A stretch of 64,000 nt of DNA, from assembly GCA_019115075.1 (NCBI GenBank), contig DXEE01000037.1, positions 5,097 to 69,096 of the forward strand. Reading direction: 5' to 3'. The notes beneath the pieces are model-generated. The model ran no database searches and was not told the origin of the DNA. It saw only the letters and a list, made by a program, of their open reading frames with translations. Made by a program: the position numbers and the translations under genes. Of the stretch, positions 25,176-34,855 are shown one piece after another. How positions within the stretch are numbered: position 1 is the stretch's first letter; each line of letters starts with the position of its first letter. The DNA is from Candidatus Alistipes avistercoris. GTDB taxonomy: Bacteria; Bacteroidota; Bacteroidia; Bacteroidales; Rikenellaceae.

Positions 25176-25850
25176 TTAGAATTTCTTCCCCGAGAGAATC
25201 GAAACGACCGTCAGGTAGATGATCTTCAGGTCCAGCCAGAAGGTGCGGTTGTAGAGATAGTCCAGATCCATCCTGAGGCGTTCGAGCATCTTGTCCATTG
25301 TATCGGTATACCCGTTGTACAACGTGGCGAGGGAGAAGAGCCCGGGACGCAGCCGGTACAGCAGTTCGTAGTTGGCGTTGATGGACGTAATCTGGTCCAC
25401 GAAGAACTTGCGTTCGGGACGGGGGCCCACAAAACTCATTTTGCCGGTCAGGACGTTCCACAGTTGAGGCAGCTCGTCCAGATGATGTTCGCGCAGGAAT
25501 CGTCCGATGCGGGTGAGCCGTTCGTCGTCCTTCCTGCACAGAACGGGATGTCCGTCCTGTTCCGAGGAGACCTCCATCGAGCGGAATTTGTAGAGCGTGA
25601 ACGGCCGGCCTCCGTATCCGATCCGCTCCTGTTTGAATATGGCCGGACCTCCGTCTTCGTGTTTGATCAACAGATAGATGGCTGCAAACGCGGGCGAAAA
25701 TACGATCAGTCCCAGTATGCTGCCGAACAGGTCGAACGAACGTTTGGCGAAAGCAGCCCACTTCGTCATCTCGCCTCGGTGGCGGCAATCGCGGGCGGTC
25801 AAGCCTACGTCAATGGCCTCGACGATGAATTTTGTCGAATCACTTCTCAT
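25176..25850 (-). CDS. undecaprenyl-phosphate sugar phosphotransferase (Bac_transf, initiating enzyme)
   Basis: FKRSFDLFGSILGLIVFSP...GPAIFKQERIGYGGRPFTLYKFRSM...LDELPQLWNVLTGKMSFVGPRP. The true start may be the internal MTKW at 25769. Confidence 0.9.
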   Translation of the reverse strand: MRSDSTKFIVEAIDVGLTARDCRHRGEMTKWAAFAKRSFDLFGSILGLIVFSPAFAAIYLLIKHEDGGPAIFKQERIGYGGRPFTLYKFRSMEVSSEQDGHPVLCRKDDERLTRIGRFLREHHLDELPQLWNVLTGKMSFVGPRPERKFFVDQITSINANYELLYRLRPGLFSLATLYNGYTDTMDKMLERLRMDLDYLYNRTFWLDLKIIYLTVVSILSGKKF

Positions 25851-26958
25851 AACGATATAGTTTTAAACAATTCTCGATCATCCGTTTTTTTGAAAACAAC
25901 GTGTTGTAGCGCTCCCGGGCCCCCGACGCATAGCGTCGGTATGCCGCTTCATCCTCCATGATGGTTTCGATGGCTTTGGCCAGCTCCTGCGGGTTGCCCG
26001 GTGTGACATTGAGCCCCGACTCTCCGTGGGCATTGACCCAGGAGACTCCCGACCGGGGGATCCTGGTGGCAACGACGGGTTTGCCGCAGGACATGGCCTC
26101 GATCTGTACGATGCCGAACGCCTCGGTTTTCTGCACACTGCTCAGACAGAATACATCACAAGCCCCGTAATAGGAGGACAGTTCTTCATCGGCGATGCGG
26201 CCGAGCAGTTCGACCTTCCCCTGCAGTCCCAGGTTGTCAATCTCTTTTTCCAGGGGGTCTCTCAGGGGACCCGAACCGCCGATCAGCACGACATAGTCGT
26301 CGTTCAGATACCTGGCGGCAGCCACCAGATGGCGGAATCCTTTGTAGGCGACCAGCCGGCCCAGCGAAAAGACAATCTTCCGATTCCCGTAGCGGGTCCT
26401 GATCTTCTGCACGGCCTCGGGATCGGGCCGTATCGGATCCGTGCCTATGGGCAGGCAGACGGTCTTGGCCCGCACCTTGCGCAGAGAGGGCGATCCGTCC
26501 AGGTATGCGGGCGAGGTGCCCACAATCAGGTCGGCCCGGCGCAACAGCCAGGATTGCAACGGTTTGTAGAACTTCAGCAGAAACCGTTGCTTCTGGATGT
26601 CGCTGTGCCAGTGCAGGATCACCCGACCCCGGTAGTTTGACAGGAACAGAGCGAGACCGGCCATCGGATCGGGGTGGTGCACGTGGATGACGTGATACGT
26701 CCCGCAGGTTTTTCGCAGGGTGCGGATCATGGCCGGGGAGATCATTGTCGATGCCGCCTTGAACCAGCTGCGGCAGCAAATGATCCGGGCGTGTTCGTTT
26801 ACGGGGATGATGCCGCCGGAGCCCGTTGCTGCGGCGCACATCATGTCACAGTCTACATCTTGTTCGGACAACCCGATCATCAAATCGTACGCAACCTTCT
26901 CCACCCCACCGAGAATCGGATAAAATTTGCCCAACTGCAGAACTTTCGGATTCTTCAT
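25840..26958 (-). CDS. glycosyltransferase family 4
   Basis: Trimmed to MKNPKVLQLGKFYPILGGVEKV. Carries the GT-B EX7E region (TEAFGIVQIEAMSCGKPVVAT). Confidence 0.85.
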   Translation of the reverse strand: MKNPKVLQLGKFYPILGGVEKVAYDLMIGLSEQDVDCDMMCAAATGSGGIIPVNEHARIICCRSWFKAASTMISPAMIRTLRKTCGTYHVIHVHHPDPMAGLALFLSNYRGRVILHWHSDIQKQRFLLKFYKPLQSWLLRRADLIVGTSPAYLDGSPSLRKVRAKTVCLPIGTDPIRPDPEAVQKIRTRYGNRKIVFSLGRLVAYKGFRHLVAAARYLNDDYVVLIGGSGPLRDPLEKEIDNLGLQGKVELLGRIADEELSSYYGACDVFCLSSVQKTEAFGIVQIEAMSCGKPVVATRIPRSGVSWVNAHGESGLNVTPGNPQELAKAIETIMEDEAAYRRYASGARERYNTLFSKKRMIENCLKLYRYEK

Positions 26959-27019
26959 AGAGCATTTCCTGATTGGAACAAATGGACGATATCGGTTCGG
27001 AACGTCAGCAGCGGTTCCG

Positions 27020-28075
27020 CTATTCAGCCTTTCTCGGTTTGCCTCCGGCAACCAGGGCCCGATGGGTTGCGATTACTTCCGGGTGGTTGCGGCGGATATA
27101 TCCGCTCACGCTGTTGTAGGTCAGCCCCAGCCGTGCGGCAATGGATTTCAGGTCTTCGGTCGTAGAACCGTACAGACGGATCGCTTCGGCATATTTCTCC
27201 TTGCTGCGGAGCAACAGGCGCCGTCCCTGTTCGTTCCGCATCATGCCCTGTTGTTCGGCCAGTTCGGGTTCGTGCTTGTGCAGGTATTCGCGGAAAACCT
27301 CCGGATGCAGACCGAACTCTGCGGCCGCTTTCGCAACCGAACGGGGGTGTTTCTTGAGGCTTTCGATCGCAGCCTCGTATTTTGCGGCAACGGTTTTCAT
27401 CCGTCGCCGCACGTTGTGCAGATCGACCGGCTCATCCGTTTCGGAAGATATTCCCGAACGATCCAGAACCAGATCCATGTGCCACTTGTGCAGGTAGGCG
27501 CACAGACCGCTCGGCGAAACGCCCGTTTTTCGGGCGATCTCCTTCATGGTTAGTGTCGTATCCCTGCAAAGGATAAATGCTTGCGCATATTTTTCCAGGG
27601 TCTTCGGATAAGGTACGTACCTGTGTCCGTTGCCGGACAGTTCGCCGTAAGCCTTTCGCTCCTTCTCCTGGGCCTTTTTTCGAACCTGCCGTTTCCGCTT
27701 GAGCAGATCATGGTGGTAGAAGCGGAGGTGTTGCCCGAATCCTCCCGATGAGACCCCGCACAATGCGGCGATCTCCGAAATACTCAGATCGCTGGTTTCG
27801 TACAGCTTGACGGCATCGGCATACTGTTTTTCGTATTTCGGCAGTAATCCTCGGGGGGTGTTGTCGTTGATTCCCATCCAGCGGCGCACCTCCTCCCGCC
27901 AGACGAGCGTCTGTGGAAAGTGCACCCGCATGAAGTTGGCCAGGGCCGGGCCTTTCAAACCGAATTTCCGGGCTACCTGCGACAGATTGCAGTCGATGTA
28001 GTCCATCGATCCGCACGCCGATACGGCATCCTTGTACTTCGCGTACGCATCCATCCGTACACCTTCCGTCTTCAT
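27020..28075 (-). CDS. protein made of five tandem helix-turn-helix-like repeats (hypothetical regulator)
   Basis: Five 60-75-aa repeats, each of the form YAxAIxLYxxTxLSxxEIAxxxGVSxxxfxxYLxxxHxxL. Examples: YADAVKLYETSDLSISEIAALCGVSSGGFGQHLRFYH and YAEAIRLYGSTTEDLKSIAARLGLTYNSVSGYIRRNH. No family recognised. Confidence 0.6.
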   Translation of the reverse strand: MKTEGVRMDAYAKYKDAVSACGSMDYIDCNLSQVARKFGLKGPALANFMRVHFPQTLVWREEVRRWMGINDNTPRGLLPKYEKQYADAVKLYETSDLSISEIAALCGVSSGGFGQHLRFYHHDLLKRKRQVRKKAQEKERKAYGELSGNGHRYVPYPKTLEKYAQAFILCRDTTLTMKEIARKTGVSPSGLCAYLHKWHMDLVLDRSGISSETDEPVDLHNVRRRMKTVAAKYEAAIESLKKHPRSVAKAAAEFGLHPEVFREYLHKHEPELAEQQGMMRNEQGRRLLLRSKEKYAEAIRLYGSTTEDLKSIAARLGLTYNSVSGYIRRNHPEVIATHRALVAGGKPRKAE

Positions 28076-28152
28076 GGCTCACGAAATCGGGTCTTGGTCC
28101 CGATGTTGCGGTTGATACAGGGCGTTTCCGCCCGTGCGGCTGGGCGCGGCAG

Positions 28153-29391
28153 TCAGCCGCGCATCATCAGTTCGTCGTACAAATCGAGGTATTCCGCATA
28201 GCGGTCCTCCTTGTTGAAATGCTTCAGGGCGTACGCGCGGCAGTGGGTTCGGACAAGTTCTCTTCGCTGTTGCCGCATGTTGCGTGCCGCCTCCAGAAGA
28301 CCTCTGCAGTCTCCCTGTTCCACGATGCGGCCGGTATCTTCCGTGACGGCTTCGACACTTCCTCCGGTTCGGTAGGTCACCACGGGAGTCCCGCAGGCGA
28401 TTGCCTCCATATTGACCGTGGGATAATTGTCCTGCCAGGTAGGGTTGATGAAGACATCCGCCGTGGAATAGAGTTCGGCCAACTGCCGGATGTGCTCCGT
28501 GCGGGGAATCCCGACGATGTTGCGGGGCAACCGTCTTTTTTCGGCCGGTTTGATCCCGACCAGTACGATGAGTTCGTCGTCGTTCAGCATCCGGGCCATG
28601 TGCAGAAAATCGTCCAGTCCCTTTTCCCGGCTCCAGATGCTGGCCACTCCCAGCAGGATGTGCTTCTCCCCGAGGCCGTATCGCTCTCTGACCTCCCGGG
28701 TTTCCCGCATCCGGAATACTTCGGTGTCGATTCCGTTGTGGATCATGCGGAAATCGTATCCTGCGAGAAACGATCTCTGCATCTCCGCTCCGATCCATTC
28801 GGATACCGGCACGACGGTCAGCCTGTTCCGGGGCATGGAGGTGAATGCCGCCCGTTTGTCCCGGAAATTTTTCCGGCTCCGGTCTGCCAGCAGACTTGTC
28901 GGAAATTCGCGGCGTTGGGGGCAGTCGTGGCATTCGGTCTGCCACCTGTCGCATGCGGCATATGAATAATAATAGCAGTGTCCGGTGTAGAGCCAGCAGT
29001 CGTGTACGGTCCATACCACGGGAATGCCGCTCCGCGACAGATAGTCGAACAATACCCGGTAATTGAGGAAATAGCCGTGTATGTTGTGTATGTGTACGAC
29101 ATCCGGGCGGATCTGCTCGATCTGCCGGATGAACTGTTTTGTCGCTCCGGTCGAGGCCAGACCGTGACGGTCCAGCATCCGGGTCTGGATGCCGTGCCAG
29201 CAGGTGCTCCACGCATTGCCCACGGGAATGAGTTGCGACAGGCAGGAGGGGTTGCCGCCATCCCGTCCCTTGGCGTATGCAATGCAGCTTCTCCAGCCGT
29301 GACGCATCGCCAGTTCGCCGATCTCCTGCATGATGCGGCCCGTCGAGGTGGAGATCCTCACCACGGGGTTGATCTGAAGCAATGTTTTCAT
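28153..29391 (-). CDS. glycosyltransferase family 4
   Basis: Trimmed to MKTLLQINPVV, whose ATG overlaps the upstream stop. GT-B fold motifs (DVFINPTWQDNYPTVNMEAIACGTPVVT). Confidence 0.85.
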   Translation of the reverse strand: MKTLLQINPVVRISTSTGRIMQEIGELAMRHGWRSCIAYAKGRDGGNPSCLSQLIPVGNAWSTCWHGIQTRMLDRHGLASTGATKQFIRQIEQIRPDVVHIHNIHGYFLNYRVLFDYLSRSGIPVVWTVHDCWLYTGHCYYYSYAACDRWQTECHDCPQRREFPTSLLADRSRKNFRDKRAAFTSMPRNRLTVVPVSEWIGAEMQRSFLAGYDFRMIHNGIDTEVFRMRETREVRERYGLGEKHILLGVASIWSREKGLDDFLHMARMLNDDELIVLVGIKPAEKRRLPRNIVGIPRTEHIRQLAELYSTADVFINPTWQDNYPTVNMEAIACGTPVVTYRTGGSVEAVTEDTGRIVEQGDCRGLLEAARNMRQQRRELVRTHCRAYALKHFNKEDRYAEYLDLYDELMMRG

Positions 29392-30527
29392 GCTCGGGTG
29401 ATTGATGCGAACAGGCGGGACCATCGACCCATGACCGCCTCTTCGGCGTAGGTGTCCGTTATTTTGCGTGCATGCCGCGACATCCGTTTTCTTCGGTCGT
29501 CGTCTCCCATTACCTCCATCAGGGCATCGGCCAGACCCGCAATGTCGCCGTCGGCTACCAGGAACCCGTTTTCGCCCTGGCGGATGATGTCTTTCGGTCC
29601 GCATTTGCAGTCGAACGAAACGACCGGCAGTCCGCATGCCATCCCCTCGATCATGACCATGGGCAAGCCCTCATAGTGCGACGTTGTGACAATCAGCGAG
29701 CTTCGGGCGTATTCCTCGCCGATGCGGCCGGTCGGCCGGTGGATGCAGGCCGTTTGAGTGAGCCCCCGTTTCTTGATGATCCCCTGCAACATGTCGTGCC
29801 ACTCGCCCTGACCGAAGATGTCGAGATGCCAGTCGGAGAATCGGCCGCTTTTCTGTACGATGTCCCACGCCCAGAGTAGCCGGTCGAACCCTTTTTGATA
29901 GTCCAGACGCCCGACGGCAATCACCCGGTGTGCGGATCCGTCCGAAAGATGCGAAGACAGGTTTGTGACGGCATTGGGGATCACCTCCAGATTAGGCAGC
30001 GTCCCCCAATAGCCGCGGTCCTCCTCGGTCAGTACGACAAACCGGTCGAATCGCCGCACGATGCGCTCGTCCTGCCGGGTCCGCCACCGGTCGATGAGCC
30101 CGAGCACTCCCTTGCGGCCGTATTGCAGGCGGAAAAACTTGCAGAAGTGCAGTTCGAGCACCTTTTTGCTTCCGTCCCTAATATCGGGAATGAACGAGGA
30201 TTCCGACGGGTAGAGCGAAACTACGATATCCGCCCGCTCCCGCATGAGCAGTTCCTTCAGCCTTTGGCGGTGTATCCGGCGCCGCTTCAGGTACCCGAGG
30301 ATTTTCCCGGCCGGGCGTTTGGCGTTGTCGTCGGAATAGTTGATGCCCAGATCCACGCAACGGACCTGTTCCGGGAACGGATAGAAGGCCGGACGTGCCT
30401 GCTGGTCCGTGGTTACAATGAGAATCTGCCAATCGGTGTGACGGGTCCAGTATGTCACTTTGTTCCACAGGACCCGTTCCATCCCTCCGGGGTTGCAGAT
30501 GGAGTGTATGCAGTAGATGAGTTTCAT
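29388..30527 (-). CDS. glycosyltransferase family 4
   Basis: SLIVTTSHYEGLPMVMIEGMACGLPVVSFD EX7E-type motif. Overlaps the neighbouring genes by 4 nt at both ends. Confidence 0.85.
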   Translation of the reverse strand: MKLIYCIHSICNPGGMERVLWNKVTYWTRHTDWQILIVTTDQQARPAFYPFPEQVRCVDLGINYSDDNAKRPAGKILGYLKRRRIHRQRLKELLMRERADIVVSLYPSESSFIPDIRDGSKKVLELHFCKFFRLQYGRKGVLGLIDRWRTRQDERIVRRFDRFVVLTEEDRGYWGTLPNLEVIPNAVTNLSSHLSDGSAHRVIAVGRLDYQKGFDRLLWAWDIVQKSGRFSDWHLDIFGQGEWHDMLQGIIKKRGLTQTACIHRPTGRIGEEYARSSLIVTTSHYEGLPMVMIEGMACGLPVVSFDCKCGPKDIIRQGENGFLVADGDIAGLADALMEVMGDDDRRKRMSRHARKITDTYAEEAVMGRWSRLFASITRA

Positions 30528-31840
30528 GATTGCCGGTATTCTTCCGCGAACTGCCGTTGTTCGTACACCCTATCCTCCTCCCCGTCCATACAGAGGAACA
30601 GGGCGAAGACCAGAAACAGATCGGTCGAGACCTTGAACCAGACGGCGAAATTCAGCAATACGATCATGGCGAACAGGCTTCGGTACGAGACGAACCGTTT
30701 CATGCAGGTTCGTCCGGCCTTGCCGATGAACAGGGCGAAGACCGAGAGGCCCGCTATGCCGAAATAGTAGATAAAGCGCAGGTAGCCCACGTCCGTGTTC
30801 TTGTAGAATCCATGCCATTCGGGACCGACATAATAGGGCTCCTCCTCGTTCGGGTTGTTGAAATAGCCGTCTCCGATCAACCAGGTTTGCGCGTTGTCGG
30901 GAAAGACATACATGTTCTTCAGCACCTCATTCGAGTGGACGTCCCATGTTCCCCGTTCGGCCAGACTGAAAAATCCCTCGAAGCCGAACCGGAGGTTCTC
31001 CCGGAAGGCCGTGTCGGTCCGGTATGCGTATGCCACCACGAGGATGGATGCTGCCAGGATGCCGAAAAACCAGTTGTACAGCCGTTTCATCCCGGTGGAC
31101 AGTCGCAGGTTGTGGATCCGGGAGGCATACGGCAGGTAGCACAGGGCGGCGATTGCGCCCACCGATGTCGTTCGCGAGATCATGTTTCCGATGACGGTGA
31201 TGAGAACGAATGCCGTCATATACCACCCCAGGCTGCCGTGCCTGCCCCTCTCCGCGCTTTTTGTCAGCAGCGGGACAATCATGATCAGTGCGGCCGAAAA
31301 ACGGGATCCGGCCACATCCAGACTTGCCCCGATTCCGTAGATGCGGTCCTCCATCTTTCCCATGAAACCCGTACTTCCGAGAAAACCGTCCACGAAGTGT
31401 TTCAGGGGAGGATACTGGTCCATTGCCAGTGCGATCAGGCATTGTGCGGCGCATACGGCGATCAGGTAGTTGCATGTCAGCCCTACGGAGATTCCTCCAT
31501 GAAGCCCTCTGATGGCGCAGATCACCACATAGGCGCCCGATACCCATACCCACATCGATACGAGGTAGGTCGCATAGGTGTAGTCGTGCGTGTCGTTCCA
31601 TACGACGGCGATGAACCCGATCAAAGAGACGGCCCCGGCCCACAGGGAGAGCTTGAAGAAGTCCCAGTCGATCCGCGACTCCTGCTTCCGTGCCAGCCGG
31701 AATGCCAGCAGCACCAGCCCGAACCCGGCCATGGCCATTTTGGTATTGACTCCCGGCAGGAACGAGAACTCGAACGGAAAGAAGTAGAAGCTGGTCAGAA
31801 TGGTTGTCAGGACCATCCCGCCCTTTTTCAGTATCCACAT
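30524..31840 (-). CDS. wzy: O-antigen/capsule repeat-unit polymerase (Wzy-like, O-antigen ligase family)
   Basis: 438-aa protein with 10 or more hydrophobic helices and a large loop, located inside a glycosyltransferase operon that also has a Wzx flippase. Confidence 0.7.
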   Translation of the reverse strand: MWILKKGGMVLTTILTSFYFFPFEFSFLPGVNTKMAMAGFGLVLLAFRLARKQESRIDWDFFKLSLWAGAVSLIGFIAVVWNDTHDYTYATYLVSMWVWVSGAYVVICAIRGLHGGISVGLTCNYLIAVCAAQCLIALAMDQYPPLKHFVDGFLGSTGFMGKMEDRIYGIGASLDVAGSRFSAALIMIVPLLTKSAERGRHGSLGWYMTAFVLITVIGNMISRTTSVGAIAALCYLPYASRIHNLRLSTGMKRLYNWFFGILAASILVVAYAYRTDTAFRENLRFGFEGFFSLAERGTWDVHSNEVLKNMYVFPDNAQTWLIGDGYFNNPNEEEPYYVGPEWHGFYKNTDVGYLRFIYYFGIAGLSVFALFIGKAGRTCMKRFVSYRSLFAMIVLLNFAVWFKVSTDLFLVFALFLCMDGEEDRVYEQRQFAEEYRQS

Positions 31841-31847
31841 GATGCCA

Positions 31848-32840
31848 TCAACGGTATATCAACCCGTATACGAGGCGATGCACGTACCGGTAATAGAGGC
31901 GGACGGCCCAGAACTGTCGCTTCCAGGCCAGCCATTGCAGGCAACGGCTGCGCAGCGACAACGCGCTGTTGCGCATGATATACCGGTTCGCCTCCGGGTA
32001 CCAGGACTGCCACAATGCATGCTTTCGGGGATCGTCGCTGATCAGAAACGGGAATTTGACATCCAGTTTGAAGAACGCCAGCTCTTTTTCCAGCCGGTTG
32101 CCGAAGAGCCTGCAGAGGTCTTCGGTCAGCAGGCTTACGTTGTGTCGCAGTTCTTCCAGGTGCTTGTCCGAGTAGGTCTTGCTGAAGGCACTGCCGTTCA
32201 GCTGGACGTAGTGATAGAAGGCCTGTGGCAGGCAGGTAACTTTCCGGGCCCGTGCGAAGAGCCGCATCATCGTCATGTCCTCTCCCATGCCGTAACCGGC
32301 CGGGAACCGGATTTGGTGCTCTTCGTAAAGCCTGCGCCGCACGAGCTTGTTCCAGACGTTGAATTTCATCACCCCGCTCAGCATGCCTTTCAAGGCATCG
32401 AAGGGCGTGGCATAATCCGGCTGTTTCATGTACCGCTCGTTTTTTTCGAACGACAGCCACCAGTCGCACCAGACGATGTCGGCATCGGCGGCGGCCGCTG
32501 CCCGGTAGAGCTGATCGAGCATTTCGCGATCGACGAAATCGTCGCTGTCGCAGTGAAATACATATTCACCGCGGGCTGCGGCCAGTCCGCTGTTGCGTGC
32601 CGCCGGGAGACCGAGGTTCTTTTCGTGTCGGACCAGCTTCACCTGCCCGTTCCGTTCCGGGTGGCGGGCGATCTCTTCCTGCAGCAGCCGGAAACTGTCA
32701 TCGGGCGATGCGTCGTCCACGAAAATGAACTCGGCTTCTGCCAGGGTCTGTTCCAGCAGCGACCGGGCGCAGCGGACGATGAACCGCTCGACCCTGTATA
32801 TAGGGACGATGACCGAAACCTTACAGGACTCTCTTTCCAT
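31848..32840 (-). CDS. glycosyltransferase family 2
   Basis: VSVIVPIYRVERFIVRCARSLLEQT...FVDDASPD...HCDSDD motifs. Confidence 0.85.
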   Translation of the reverse strand: MERESCKVSVIVPIYRVERFIVRCARSLLEQTLAEAEFIFVDDASPDDSFRLLQEEIARHPERNGQVKLVRHEKNLGLPAARNSGLAAARGEYVFHCDSDDFVDREMLDQLYRAAAAADADIVWCDWWLSFEKNERYMKQPDYATPFDALKGMLSGVMKFNVWNKLVRRRLYEEHQIRFPAGYGMGEDMTMMRLFARARKVTCLPQAFYHYVQLNGSAFSKTYSDKHLEELRHNVSLLTEDLCRLFGNRLEKELAFFKLDVKFPFLISDDPRKHALWQSWYPEANRYIMRNSALSLRSRCLQWLAWKRQFWAVRLYYRYVHRLVYGLIYR

Positions 32841-33759
32841 ATACGAAGTATCTCAGCAGCACCTTGATCCGTTTCCACAGCGTGAGCTGGTCCAGTATGT
32901 TCAGCCGGTGATAGAAAAAGTCGAAATAGAATCCGGCGTCGAAAAAGGGTGACCGGCGGTAATATTCCCACCAGATGTCGAAGTTGATGCAGTATTGTCT
33001 CCAGGGCTTGTGCCCGTTGTAATGGATTGTCCCGCGGGTCAATGCCGCATCGATCTCCTCCTGACTCCACTGTTCGGAGAGAGTGGTCCGGTTGTGGACC
33101 GCAGCCTGCGTGATCCATGTGGAGAGGCAGAACTCGGGAGGCAGGTACCGGATCTTTCCCCTGCATGCGATGTTCAGGATGTCCATGTCCTGAAACCGGA
33201 AGTTCCGTCGGGCCAACTCCTTCCATACGGGAACCAGGTTGTCCTTCCTGATCTTGGCATTGTTGAGGATCAGATTTCCCGAGTAGATGATCTTTTCCGG
33301 ATCCAGTTCCAGAGTCTTTTCGTAGTATTTCTTGTATTCGGAAACCGCATGCGAAAGGGCATTCACGCCGGCAACATAGCAATTCGTCAGATCGGTTCCC
33401 GAATAGAAACCGGAAAGGTCCGTTCGGAAAATCACATCTACATCCGAATAGATCACCTTGTCGTATTCGGGAATCAGCTCGGGAATCAGCAGCCGGTAAT
33501 AGGCAGGAGTTGTTATGCCCCGGATCTCGAAGGCTCCGTCAAATGTATCGCCTACACTCCGGTATCGGATCCGGCAGTTCGGATAGAACCCGGGTATGCG
33601 GTCCAACTCCGCCCGTTCCAGCTGTTCCTTTTGCGCATGCAGAATAAAGATATCGTAAAAGGTATCCTCCCGTGCATGCATCATCAGCGAGGAGATGCAG
33701 ACACAGGCCGGCAGAATCAGGTTGTTGTCGAAGGCGAAGACAATGGGTACCGTATTCAT
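32821..33759 (-). CDS. glycosyltransferase family 8
   Basis: PIVFAFDNNLILPACVCISSLM...YDKVIYSDVDVIF (DxD)...HYNGHKPW, typical of GT8 LPS glycosyltransferases. Confidence 0.8.
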   Translation of the reverse strand: MNTVPIVFAFDNNLILPACVCISSLMMHAREDTFYDIFILHAQKEQLERAELDRIPGFYPNCRIRYRSVGDTFDGAFEIRGITTPAYYRLLIPELIPEYDKVIYSDVDVIFRTDLSGFYSGTDLTNCYVAGVNALSHAVSEYKKYYEKTLELDPEKIIYSGNLILNNAKIRKDNLVPVWKELARRNFRFQDMDILNIACRGKIRYLPPEFCLSTWITQAAVHNRTTLSEQWSQEEIDAALTRGTIHYNGHKPWRQYCINFDIWWEYYRRSPFFDAGFYFDFFYHRLNILDQLTLWKRIKVLLRYFVYGKRVL

Positions 33760-33763
33760 GGTG

Positions 33764-34855
33764 TCATGGCCTTTTCAAAAGATTCCGATACGTGGCGATC
33801 AATCGTCCGGCATTCGCGTCCAGTCTGAAATTGGCGGCATGGATCCGCGAGTTGTCGCCGAATCGGGTCCGCAGGCCGGAGTCCGTGATCAACTTCAATA
33901 TGGCCAGAGCCAATTCGTCGGGATCTCCTTGTGGTGTCAGGATCCCGTTGTATCCGGGAATGCATGCCTCCGAAATGCCGCCGACATCGGACCCGATTAC
34001 GGGAAGCCCGTACATCAGGGCTTCCATGATGCTCAACGAGATGGCCTCGCTCCTCGACGGTTGCAGGTACACATCCGTCATGGACAGAAAGTCATCGATG
34101 TCGTTGCGGATTCCGACGGACAGAAAACGGTCTGATACGTTCCAAACCTCCGTTATGGCCCGGAACTTCTCGTCTTCCGACTCATTCAGACCGATGATGA
34201 TGATCCTGAAGTCCGGAAGGTCATTTCTCCCTTTTAACAGGCAAACGGCTTGAGCCAGAACGTCGAATCCTTTTACATGTATGTCAAACCCGATGGACGT
34301 CAGCACCAGACATTCTGCGGGGATGTTGAGGTCCGCCTTCATGTTTTTGTTGCGGATCTCTTTTTTGCCCACTCCGAGGTAGGAGACGGTGAATTTGGGA
34401 GAATCCCCTATTTTTGAGACCAGTCTCTTTCTGACCCCTTCGCTTACCGAGGTGACGAGATCCAATGACCGGTAGCACAGTTTCGTGGCCAGCCGCATGA
34501 GCGGATTCTCGTACAAATATTCGCAATGCTGTGTCAGCAACTGTTTCGTGTGGGGAAGAAACAGTCTGACGGGTAGAAACAGAACGTATACCGTGAACCC
34601 GAAATGGTAATGCACGATCTCCGGCCGCTCCCGCCGGATGATCCGGTATGTCTGCCAGCAACGTTGCAGGATGTTTCCATGCACGGTGTAGATTCCGGCG
34701 TGGCGGCGTTCCAGCTCGTTGCGGTAGGTTTCGGGCTGCGGTGTGTTGTTGTAAACTACGGAGAGTTCGACCCCCTGATCCAGCAGTTCGATGAAGAATT
34801 TCTCCATTCCGCCGTATTTGGTCGAATACATGCCAGTGACCTGCAGAACTTTCAT
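33764..34855 (-). CDS. glycosyltransferase family 4
   Basis: Trimmed to MKVLQVTGMYSTKYGGMEKF, whose ATG overlaps the upstream stop. Carries LQPSRSEAISLSIMEALMYGLPVIGSDVGG. Confidence 0.85.
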   Translation of the reverse strand: MKVLQVTGMYSTKYGGMEKFFIELLDQGVELSVVYNNTPQPETYRNELERRHAGIYTVHGNILQRCWQTYRIIRRERPEIVHYHFGFTVYVLFLPVRLFLPHTKQLLTQHCEYLYENPLMRLATKLCYRSLDLVTSVSEGVRKRLVSKIGDSPKFTVSYLGVGKKEIRNKNMKADLNIPAECLVLTSIGFDIHVKGFDVLAQAVCLLKGRNDLPDFRIIIIGLNESEDEKFRAITEVWNVSDRFLSVGIRNDIDDFLSMTDVYLQPSRSEAISLSIMEALMYGLPVIGSDVGGISEACIPGYNGILTPQGDPDELALAILKLITDSGLRTRFGDNSRIHAANFRLDANAGRLIATYRNLLKRP

